From positions 160,001 through 224,000 of the forward strand of contig VMGC01000001.1 in the NCBI GenBank assembly GCA_007376385.1: a stretch of 64,000 nt of DNA, given 5' to 3'. Below are positions 18,963 through 27,290 of the stretch, piece after piece. The notes under the pieces were generated by a model. The model was not told where the DNA came from. It was given only the letters and a program-made list of their open reading frames with translations, and ran no database searches. Made by a program: the position numbers and the translations under genes. Each line of letters starts with the position of its first letter. The stretch's first letter is position 1. The DNA comes from Parcubacteria group bacterium Gr01-1014_8 (lineage in GTDB: Bacteria > Patescibacteriota > Minisyncoccia > Phycocordibacterales > UBA2100).

Positions 18963-21182
18963 TCATACCTTTTCCTCTTCCGAGTCGCCGTTCTCTGGTT
19001 CCGCCGCGAGTTCGTCTGCGTTTCCTGCGCCTATTACTTCGCGTGGTTTTGCTCCGTCTCCCGGTCCGATGACGCCACGCTCTTCAAGAGTGTCTATCAT
19101 TCTTGCGGCGCGTGCGTAGCCTACGCCTAATTTTCTTTGCAGATATGACGTTGATGCTTTTCCGGCTTCGAGAACAGCTCGTTTTGCCTCCGGGTACAGA
19201 TCGTCCTCGTTTTCATCGGACATCGAGGCGAAAATCGGGTCGGTCCCGCCTCCGTTCGCTTGTTTATCGGTGAAGTTTATCTCACTCGGCATCGTGCCCT
19301 CGTTCGTACGCGCTATATATGCAACAACGCGTTTAACCTCGCTTTCCGACGTAAATGGCGCTTGCAATCGACGGGGCTTCGACATCTCACCGGAAATAAA
19401 GAGCATGTCTCCGGCCCCAAGGAGTTTTTCGGCTCCTCCAGTATCCAGGATAGTCCGGGAATCTATTTGCGAAGAAACCTGCAGTGCAACACGAGCGGGG
19501 ATATTCGCTTTAATGAGCCCGGTGATGACTTTCACGCTTGGCCGCTGTGTCGAGAGGATGAGATGGATGCCGACCGCACGGCTCATCTGTGCGAGCCTGA
19601 CGATGCCAGCTTCAAGCTCGCGTGGATACGAGGACATGATATCTGCCAATTCATCAATGATGACCACAATGTATGGCATTGCTTCAGGCAAAGCACCCTC
19701 CGCCTCTTTTGCTCTGGCCTCTTTAAGCGCAGGTCCGAAAACGTTTTCATGATACGACGCGATGTCGCGCACTTTTTCGGTCTCCAAAATGTTGTATCGC
19801 CGTTCCATTTCTTTTGCGAGCCACTTGATCGCTTCAATCGCCTTTCGTGCGTCGGTTATGACGGGAGTAAGAAGGTGGGGGATTGTGTTATACATTGTCA
19901 GTTCGACTCTTTTTGGGTCAACCATAATGAATCGAAGGCGTTCGGGTCCGCAGCGGTAGAGAAGTGAAATAATGAAATCATGAATTGCTACGGATTTTCC
20001 AGCACCCGTTGCACCCGCGACCAGCATGTGAGGCATGCGGCTCAGGTCTGCAAAGTGAGCTCCACCGGAAATGCTTCGTCCGAGTCCTACGAGAAGCGGT
20101 TTATCGGATTGAGAAAATTGAGGATCTCCGAGAAGTGGAGCAAGTCCGAGCGTCGTACGGGAAATATTCGGCACTTCGATACCAACGAGAGATTTTCCGG
20201 GTATCGGCGCTTCGATGCGGACAGGGGAGGCTGCGAGTGCGAGTTCCAAATTGCTCTGGAGCGCGACTATTTTCGAGAGACGCACGCCCTCGGCAGGTTT
20301 CATCGCGTAGCGTGTCACCGTTGGGCCGATAGAGACCTCGTCCATCTCAACTTGGATGCCGAAATTCTGGAGTGTGCGTTTGATGATGTTCATGTTCGCC
20401 TTCACGTCCCCTACCTCCGGTTTTCCTTTATTTTTTCCGAGGAGCGATAGTGGTGGAGGAATGTATTCGGAATATGTTGCTGCAATAATAGGAAACCCTC
20501 CGGGTGATGTAATCTCTTCTCTTTCCGGTTTCATTAGCTGCGGCTCGCTATCAGGCGCAACCTCTTCTTCTACTTCTTCGGTAGCCTCTTCGTCCATGCC
20601 CTGCATTTCTGCAATTGCTACATCATCCTCTTCGCCGATTCCAGCGTCAGACGGCTCTGACTTGAGTCTCTCGCGCAATCCTTTCACTATAAGACCAAGG
20701 TGGATGTCGAAGGCGACGATAAGTGCTGCGATAATGAATGCAAGCAAAAAGACGATCGTGGCTGCCGTGTCCACGGTCGCAATCAAGGGTTTCGATATGA
20801 GTGAACCAAGGAGTCCGCTCCTTCCTGGGAAGCCTATGTTTATGAGCCCAAGGCTTGCAAGCAAAAAGACGACGACGCTGCCAATTTGCACGACCCCAAA
20901 GCTCTTCTCGAAGGAGCGCAAAATGGCAACCGCTAAGATAAGGAGTGATAGGGGGAAGAGCATATAGCCAATGCCGAGGAGCCATGTCAGAGCCTTGAAA
21001 AGCTGTTCGCCCACAGTGCCCCCGATATCAAATGCTGCGAGGACCAAAAATACGGCCGTTGCAATCAAGAGAACTGCTCCCACGCCCCGCAGTGCCTCAG
21101 AGCTGATAGAGGGCCTATACTCTGTCTCGTCCTTTTCCTTTCGCTCTCTTTTTCCATTCTTTTTTGTTCCATTTCGAGCCAT
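18963..21182 (-). CDS. ftsK: DNA translocase FtsK/SpoIIIE
   Basis: N-terminal TM region, an acidic linker, a motor domain with Walker A GATGAGKS, and a gamma domain (...YLQRKLGVGYARAARMIDTLEERGVIGP). Confidence 0.9.
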   Translation of the reverse strand: MARNGTKKNGKRERKEKDETEYRPSISSEALRGVGAVLLIATAVFLVLAAFDIGGTVGEQLFKALTWLLGIGYMLFPLSLLILAVAILRSFEKSFGVVQIGSVVVFLLASLGLINIGFPGRSGLLGSLISKPLIATVDTAATIVFLLAFIIAALIVAFDIHLGLIVKGLRERLKSEPSDAGIGEEDDVAIAEMQGMDEEATEEVEEEVAPDSEPQLMKPEREEITSPGGFPIIAATYSEYIPPPLSLLGKNKGKPEVGDVKANMNIIKRTLQNFGIQVEMDEVSIGPTVTRYAMKPAEGVRLSKIVALQSNLELALAASPVRIEAPIPGKSLVGIEVPNISRTTLGLAPLLGDPQFSQSDKPLLVGLGRSISGGAHFADLSRMPHMLVAGATGAGKSVAIHDFIISLLYRCGPERLRFIMVDPKRVELTMYNTIPHLLTPVITDARKAIEAIKWLAKEMERRYNILETEKVRDIASYHENVFGPALKEARAKEAEGALPEAMPYIVVIIDELADIMSSYPRELEAGIVRLAQMSRAVGIHLILSTQRPSVKVITGLIKANIPARVALQVSSQIDSRTILDTGGAEKLLGAGDMLFISGEMSKPRRLQAPFTSESEVKRVVAYIARTNEGTMPSEINFTDKQANGGGTDPIFASMSDENEDDLYPEAKRAVLEAGKASTSYLQRKLGVGYARAARMIDTLEERGVIGPGDGAKPREVIGAGNADELAAEPENGDSEEEKV

Positions 21183-21415
21183 ACGACAGCAAATGATACC
21201 ACGCTCCTCGTCAATTTTTCGTTATTTCATACCCCAGAAAGTATGTTTTGCCTGCATGGTAGCGTTTCGTGATGAGACAAAAAGCAGACGCGATAGGCGC
21301 GGGGAATAATGCGATGGTATAAGGGCTTCTTAGAGCGACATTTCCGGGTCGTCATGGACATCGTAGCTTTGCACGTGTTGCAGCACTCATATGTACGTAC
21401 TTCTCTATTGCTTAA

Positions 21416-22285
21416 TTGGATGTCCCTTATGTATACTTCATCTATATGCCGTCGGATCGACAAGATCCTCAAAAGGAATCTTCAAGGACATCATCTCAAT
21501 CAGAATCAATTCCCGTAACGGACATAAGACAAAGGACAGATATATCCATATTTTTAGACCCTGCATTACGGACAAACCCATTTGGCCATAATATATCTGC
21601 GGAGCATATCTATCGGAGGGCGGAGCGAATTGCAGCTGCGGTTCACTTACTCACGGGACACATGCCAAATGCTGAGCCCGTTCGAGATCTTGCCCGAAAA
21701 GAGAGCATTGCACTTCTCAATCATGCGCTCGGGTTACGCAGTGAATTGCGTGCTGCGGGCTCGGAATCATTCAAGCAGACACAAGCATCAATACGGAAAC
21801 TTATTTCTCTCATAAGACTACTCGGGATTTCTGGATACACATCAGCGCAAAATACAGAAACACTTGTGGATGCTCTCGATGAACTTGGGGCGCTTCTGAC
21901 CTCGTCCCAGCGCTCTCAGCTTGCAGAAGATACGTTCCTTACGCGTGATGAACTTACACCAAGGAGAAGTGAACCGGCTCGAGATTCTCAGACAATATCG
22001 TCACGTTCGTCACAACGTAGAGAGGTGCGCATGAAAGTAAGCGGGGTTTCTATAAAGGACAGACTCATAAGGGACACAGGTGTTGATGGCAGAAGCGCTG
22101 GAGCACGAGCCGAACGAATCGTAGACATCTTGCGCTCTGGGGGGATATTGGGAATCAAGGACATAGCGTCAAATTTGCCTGAATATAGCGAAAAAATGAT
22201 ACAGAGGGAACTTGCCGCATTGGTCGAAAGGAATACGGTCAAGAAACTAGGAGCAAAACGATGGAGTAAATATACACTTCTCTAG
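21416..22285 (+). CDS. hypothetical protein with a C-terminal winged-helix-like domain
   Basis: 289-aa ORF with an S/T/R-rich N-terminal half. The C-terminal part (...RAERIVDILRSGGILGIKDIASNLPEYSEKMIQRELAALVERNTVKK...) resembles a wHTH fold. The start is uncertain. Confidence 0.45.
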   Translation: MDVPYVYFIYMPSDRQDPQKESSRTSSQSESIPVTDIRQRTDISIFLDPALRTNPFGHNISAEHIYRRAERIAAAVHLLTGHMPNAEPVRDLARKESIALLNHALGLRSELRAAGSESFKQTQASIRKLISLIRLLGISGYTSAQNTETLVDALDELGALLTSSQRSQLAEDTFLTRDELTPRRSEPARDSQTISSRSSQRREVRMKVSGVSIKDRLIRDTGVDGRSAGARAERIVDILRSGGILGIKDIASNLPEYSEKMIQRELAALVERNTVKKLGAKRWSKYTLL

Positions 22286-22409
22286 GCCAATAAACAGCGG
22301 GCTATACGAGGGGAGCGCCCAAAATAACATGCTTTAGAGCGGGATAATGAGCGCACGTTAAATTAGTGCGACCGGAGGGCCGCTTCTATTTCGGGGAGGG
22401 TTCCCCGGT

Positions 22410-22436
22410 CCTGTGCAGTTGCACAGGGTTCTTTAC
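22410..22436 (+). terminator. hairpin terminator candidate downstream of the 21416-22285 gene
   Basis: cctgtgca-gt-tgcacagg followed by gttcttta. Confidence 0.35.
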
Positions 22437-23047
22437 AGACAAAGCAGATGCTTTTGAAGTAAGAAAGCCGGTTGACTTCGAGGGGGGTCAATTGTATTCT
22501 CAGGCCCGTAGCTAGCGGCCAGGCGCCAATAGGGAATGGTCCGTTTTATCCTCTAGTTATCCACAAAACAGGAAATCACGATTCAACTCGTGCTCTCGTC
22601 CTCATATATAATTGCCAGATGCTTCCTGTGCGTAACAGGTAGGCGTTTCGCAACTGGACGACACCCTGTCTCTGGTTGACTGCTCTTTGACAGAACATAT
22701 AAGGAAAGGAACGGGACACAGGGAATTACCCTATGTTCAGACTAAACTCACATTCATCCGAAAGATGAAAGAAACAACATGCATTGTGCGTCTATGAATA
22801 TAGACCATAAGCGTGCGCATACTGAAATGGCAGAACTTACCCGGATACGGACGAACGAAAGAATTCTGAATTACTTTCTTGGCGCTACCCCCTGATTCTC
22901 TTCTATTAGTAATGAGTCGGGGTTAGCCAATTATTAGTTGTCTGCTTCTGGCAGGCACACACAAATTGCATTCGCGGTTACGTCGAACTTCCGCGCATGC
23001 ATCCAACTCTTCCAATTAGGGAGAGATGGAAAAGGTCAAAATAAACT

Positions 23048-26000
23048 ATGAGTTTAACAACAAAGAATATCGCGACAGTGTTCGTAGGCTTGGGCCTCGT
23101 CCTTGCGCTTTCGTTTGCAGTCGTCACACCGGCGAAAGCAGACATGCTCTCGGATCTTCAGGCACAAGTACAGGCACTGCTCGCACAAATTGCAATGCTT
23201 TCAGGTGGTACAACCACCGGCGGCTCATGCAACACGTTCACGCGTACTCACCAGATGGGTGATTCAGGCGGGGAGGTGATGTGGGTCCAGCAATTCCTTA
23301 ACAGTCATGGTTCCCAGGTATCGGCAACGGGTGCCGGTTCTCCTGGCAATGAATCATCGTACTACGGCGCAAAGACGAAGGCGGCGGTCGCTAAGTGGCA
23401 GGCTGCAAACGGAGTCGCTCCGGCAGCAGGTTACTGGGGTCCGATAACTCGGGCTAAGGCGAACTCGATGTGCGTAAGCACGCCGGGCATACCAGGTGTT
23501 CCGGGCGTCCCAGTGACTGGAAACGGTCTCAAGGTCATGCTCGCATCTGATTCACCGACAAACACAGCGTTGGTCCAGGGACAAGCGATCGCAGAACTTG
23601 CAAAGTTCACGTTCTCGAACCCAACGGGTTCCGAGATCACGGTCACCAACCTCGGCTTCAAGCGTGTTGGCGTGTCGTCTGATTCGACGCTCGCAAACGT
23701 CTACCTCTTCCAGGGGAAGAAGCGCATTACCGATTCCGCTGGAGTCAGTAACACAGCGTTCAACTTCAACGATCCGTCGGGGATCTTCAAGGTACCCGCG
23801 GGTGGCATGGTCACGATCTCTGTCAGCTCGGATATTGCTGCGTCTACGAACGGTCAGCAGGTGGGCGCACAGTTGGTATCGATAGCGTCGTCAGGAGTCC
23901 TCGACTCTTCCGTCGTGCTTCCGATCACCGGCTCGTCGCTCCTCATTTCTTCAGCGACACTCGCGACTGTAGACTTCAACACGACAACGACTCCTGCAGC
24001 GAATACTAACCTGACTCCCCAGAACGATTATCCGCTCTGGCAGAACAACGTCTCGATTGGTACGCGCGCGGTCTGGTTGCAGTCGTTCCAACTTCGTAAC
24101 CTCGGCTCTGTCGGGCTCAACGACATCAGAAACTTCCGTCTCTATGTAGACGGCGTTCAAATCGGTGCGACAATTCCGAACATGTCAGCGGGTGAGGCTT
24201 CCGTTGCATGGGATCTCTCGGCTACCCCGCTCCGTTTGGAAACGGGTACTCGTGTCGTCAAGGTAGTCGCCGACATTGTTGGCGGCTCAAGCCTAACAGC
24301 TCAGCTTTCTCTTCGACGCGCAGCAGACGCTCGTGTCGTCGACACTGAACTTGCTCAGCCTATTCTTGCGACGGCGAATGGAAGTGCATTCTCCGCTCGT
24401 ACGTCAGGTCTGCAGACTATCGGTGCTGCGGCAGTCTCGGTCACGAAGGCGAACACCTCGCAATCGTCGAACGTTGCTGTTGGCGCGTCTAACGTTAAGT
24501 GGGCAACCTTCGAAGTCCGCGCTTCTGGCGAGGACGTGAAGATCGAGTCCCTCGACGTTCAGGCGAATACCTCGCTCGATCGAGGCCTCGACAACGGTAA
24601 AGTGTTCGTCAACGGCGTGCAGGTCGGATCCACCAAGGATCTTACCGACGCGACAGACGTGAACTTTACCTTCGGCTCATCCTTCATCGCGAAGGCGGGC
24701 GCAGTCGAGATCGTCGACATCTATGCTGACGCAAAGTCAACAACGGGTGCGGCATTCTCTGACGCTCATACCGCGGCGATCACGCTCGGCACAGGTTCCT
24801 CGAACGCGTTTGGGCAAGTTTCGCTCAACTCAGTGAACGTTCCTGGCTCCGACGTGACGGCGAACACGGTCACCATCTCGTCTTCAAGCCTCACGGCGAC
24901 GAAGTACTCGGGATATGGTAACCAGACGATGATTGCGGGTACGAACAATGCCCGCCTCGGTTCCTTCACACTCTCATCCGGTTCAACGGAAGGCGTGAAC
25001 GTGAACACCATCGTGGTTGACGTCTCATCCGATGAAGCAGCAACGATCACTGACCTCCGGCTCGTGAATCACGCGACGGGCGCTGCGATCGGCACTGCAA
25101 AAGCGTCACCGTCAACGTCCAACTCGTTCTCGGTGAACGTGAACATCCCGGTTTCGTCGACTCTCACGGTTGACGTCATCGGAAACATCAAGTCTGGCTC
25201 GAACGCAGGTTCGTGGATCGCAGACATTGACACTTCTACTGGTGGAACGGGTCTCTCGACGGGCAACTCCGTCACGATCGGAAGCGACCTCTCGCTCCAG
25301 ACCATCACGGTCGGCTCGGGCTCGATCACGGTCACCAGGGACCCAGGCACGCCAGTTAACTCGAACGTCGTTGCAGGTCTATCCAGCGTACACGTTGGTA
25401 AATTCGACTTCGCAGCGGTAAGCTCTTCGTACACAGTGCAAGAACTCAAGGTCAAGGTTCCGGCTGATGCCGCAACCTCGGTCTCGCAGATCACACTGAA
25501 GTACAAGAACTCTGCAGGTGTTGAACAGACGGTCTCGCAGGCGCTTGCGCTCTCTTCGGGCGCTCTGACGCACGCGACCGCGACGTTCACCGGCCTTACG
25601 TTCTTCGTTCCGGAAAACGATTCAGCTGATATCGATGTCTACGTCGACACGCCGACAATTGCTTCAGGTGGTAAATCTGGCGCAGCTATCTCGGTCTTGC
25701 TCGACGGCGACGAGGGCTTCAAAGCGATCGACTCGTCAGGCGCTTCTGACACGACGCTCGCCGGCTCCTCGACAGACGTCAACTCAGCCGCTTCGACCGG
25801 CTACGGCTCGAAGTACTTGAAGAAGACAGTTCCGACCCTTGCTCGTTTGAGCACTGGCTACACGACAAACACGGTGGCCAACGGTACCGGACTGTTCCGC
25901 TTCACAATGACAGCTGACGCTGCAGGTTCGGTGGACTGGAGAGAGATCTCATTCGAGATCACTACTGCAGGCACCGCGACCGACAGCTACAAGACGTGGA

Positions 26001-26404
26001 CACTCCATGACGTCACAGGCACTGCCGTTCAAGTGAACGACACCGCAGTCGACGTTTCGGGCACCACGATTGCAGTCTGTCCTGGCGTCTCATGCGTAAT
26101 CGGTGAAGCACAGCAGATTGGTGCTGGTTCATCGAAGACGTATGAGCTTCGCTCGGGCGCAGTCACTGGTTGGGGTAGTGCTGGAGACTCAATCAGCATT
26201 AACTTCACTGAGGACTCCAACGATCCTATTACGAACGCAGCCGCATCCAGCCTCCACTCGGGAGATGCCTTTGTCTGGTCTGATCGCTCCGCGAACAGCC
26301 ACACCACGACAACGACTGACTGGACGAACGGTTACCTCGTGAAGGACGTGGACAACGACACTCGCCAGTGTCAGTTCGGAACAGCGACAACCTGTACTCC
26401 GTAA
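23048..26404 (+). CDS. large secreted/surface repeat protein with an N-terminal peptidoglycan-binding (PG_binding_1-like) domain; putative S-layer/adhesin
   Basis: 1118 aa. Signal/anchor MSLTTKNIATVFVGLGLVLALSFAVVTPAKA, then a coiled segment, then a PG-binding motif (VMWVQQFLNSHG...YYGAKTKAAVAKWQAANGVAPAAGYWGPITRAKAN), then six or more repeated ~100-150-aa T/S/V/G-rich beta modules. Gly+Ser+Thr+Val+Ala make up more than 55% of residues. Confidence 0.85.
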   Translation: MSLTTKNIATVFVGLGLVLALSFAVVTPAKADMLSDLQAQVQALLAQIAMLSGGTTTGGSCNTFTRTHQMGDSGGEVMWVQQFLNSHGSQVSATGAGSPGNESSYYGAKTKAAVAKWQAANGVAPAAGYWGPITRAKANSMCVSTPGIPGVPGVPVTGNGLKVMLASDSPTNTALVQGQAIAELAKFTFSNPTGSEITVTNLGFKRVGVSSDSTLANVYLFQGKKRITDSAGVSNTAFNFNDPSGIFKVPAGGMVTISVSSDIAASTNGQQVGAQLVSIASSGVLDSSVVLPITGSSLLISSATLATVDFNTTTTPAANTNLTPQNDYPLWQNNVSIGTRAVWLQSFQLRNLGSVGLNDIRNFRLYVDGVQIGATIPNMSAGEASVAWDLSATPLRLETGTRVVKVVADIVGGSSLTAQLSLRRAADARVVDTELAQPILATANGSAFSARTSGLQTIGAAAVSVTKANTSQSSNVAVGASNVKWATFEVRASGEDVKIESLDVQANTSLDRGLDNGKVFVNGVQVGSTKDLTDATDVNFTFGSSFIAKAGAVEIVDIYADAKSTTGAAFSDAHTAAITLGTGSSNAFGQVSLNSVNVPGSDVTANTVTISSSSLTATKYSGYGNQTMIAGTNNARLGSFTLSSGSTEGVNVNTIVVDVSSDEAATITDLRLVNHATGAAIGTAKASPSTSNSFSVNVNIPVSSTLTVDVIGNIKSGSNAGSWIADIDTSTGGTGLSTGNSVTIGSDLSLQTITVGSGSITVTRDPGTPVNSNVVAGLSSVHVGKFDFAAVSSSYTVQELKVKVPADAATSVSQITLKYKNSAGVEQTVSQALALSSGALTHATATFTGLTFFVPENDSADIDVYVDTPTIASGGKSGAAISVLLDGDEGFKAIDSSGASDTTLAGSSTDVNSAASTGYGSKYLKKTVPTLARLSTGYTTNTVANGTGLFRFTMTADAAGSVDWREISFEITTAGTATDSYKTWTLHDVTGTAVQVNDTAVDVSGTTIAVCPGVSCVIGEAQQIGAGSSKTYELRSGAVTGWGSAGDSISINFTEDSNDPITNAAASSLHSGDAFVWSDRSANSHTTTTTDWTNGYLVKDVDNDTRQCQFGTATTCTP

Positions 26405-26495
26405 TGTCCTAACCCTCGGGCACACCTTTCGGCGCTTCACATGAAGTTGCCGGAAGCACAAGCCTCCAGCTGGGGAATTCGGCCCAGCAAAGCAA

Positions 26496-26530
26496 GCCCT
26501 CGGAGAGAAATCTCCGGGGGTTTTGCTTTT
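26496..26530 (+). terminator. intrinsic terminator after the giant surface-protein gene
   Basis: ccctcggagag-aaat-ctccggggg followed by TTTTGCTTTT. Confidence 0.55.
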
Positions 26531-26572
26531 GAAAACCTGTCAGATGCAGCGCGGTTTTTGGTTGCGCGGAAG

Positions 26573-27289
26573 ATGGTGTATACTTTTCTACCTATGGAAA
26601 ATTCGAATAAAAACGTGCGGATCGGCATTATTGTAACGATTATTGCGATCATCGGACTAGGGCTTTGGTATTACTCGCAAAACCAGAATCCGCTTCCCGT
26701 TCAATCGGGAGACTCAATCGAATCGTGGAATTTCCAAGGTTCTTATAACGACGATGGTCCTAATGAGCAAAAAGCGAGAGATGAAATTGCGCGTCTTGAA
26801 GAAGGGCTCAAAGATGCAGAAACAGAGCCGACGGACTACGCGCTTTATGTATCGCTCGCGAACCAGTACACGCTCCTGGGAGACGGAAAAGCGGCGTACG
26901 AGAATCTCGGGCGAGCGGTAGAGATCGATTCAGAGAAAACAGGTATGGCTTGGCATAATATGGGCGCCTTGATGGAACGCCTCGGCGCATTTGAGACGGC
27001 GCGGGTGGCGTATGGAAAGGCTGTTGCCGCACAGCCCCATCTCGATATCTACCACTTGGCGAATCTCGAATTTCTGATGAAGCACTTCCCGGACGATGTA
27101 GAAGCGATCGAAGATGCGTTTGATGCGAGTGAAAAGCAGTTCAACGCTCCTGCGCCGACGCTGCAGTTAAAAATTCAATGGCTCGAAAGTGTGGGAAGAG
27201 CGGATGAAGCGGAAAACTTGAGGGGCCAGATGAAAGCTGCCCCAGAAACAAGTGGCGAGCCAGAGAGCAATGTGATAACTGTCGAGTAA
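26573..27289 (+). CDS. membrane-anchored TPR-repeat protein
   Basis: I trimmed the start to MVYTFLPMENSNKNVRIGIIVTIIAIIGLGLWYY (TM anchor). TPR-like helical repeats follow (YALYVSLANQYTLLGDGKAAYENLGRAVEID..., AWHNMGALMERLGAFETARVAYGKAV...). Confidence 0.6.
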   Translation: MVYTFLPMENSNKNVRIGIIVTIIAIIGLGLWYYSQNQNPLPVQSGDSIESWNFQGSYNDDGPNEQKARDEIARLEEGLKDAETEPTDYALYVSLANQYTLLGDGKAAYENLGRAVEIDSEKTGMAWHNMGALMERLGAFETARVAYGKAVAAQPHLDIYHLANLEFLMKHFPDDVEAIEDAFDASEKQFNAPAPTLQLKIQWLESVGRADEAENLRGQMKAAPETSGEPESNVITVE

Positions 27290-27290
27290 T

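Noticed and set aside
22600-22870. RNase P RNA in the 22.3-23.0 kb spacer (strings aggaaaggaacgggacacaggg, gtgcgtaacaggtaggcg, cagaacttacccggatacgg)
   Set aside because: The motif order (the P10/11-like string precedes the P4 5'-like string) and their spacing (about 135 nt between the P4 halves) are incompatible with bacterial RNase P architecture. Only short fragments match.
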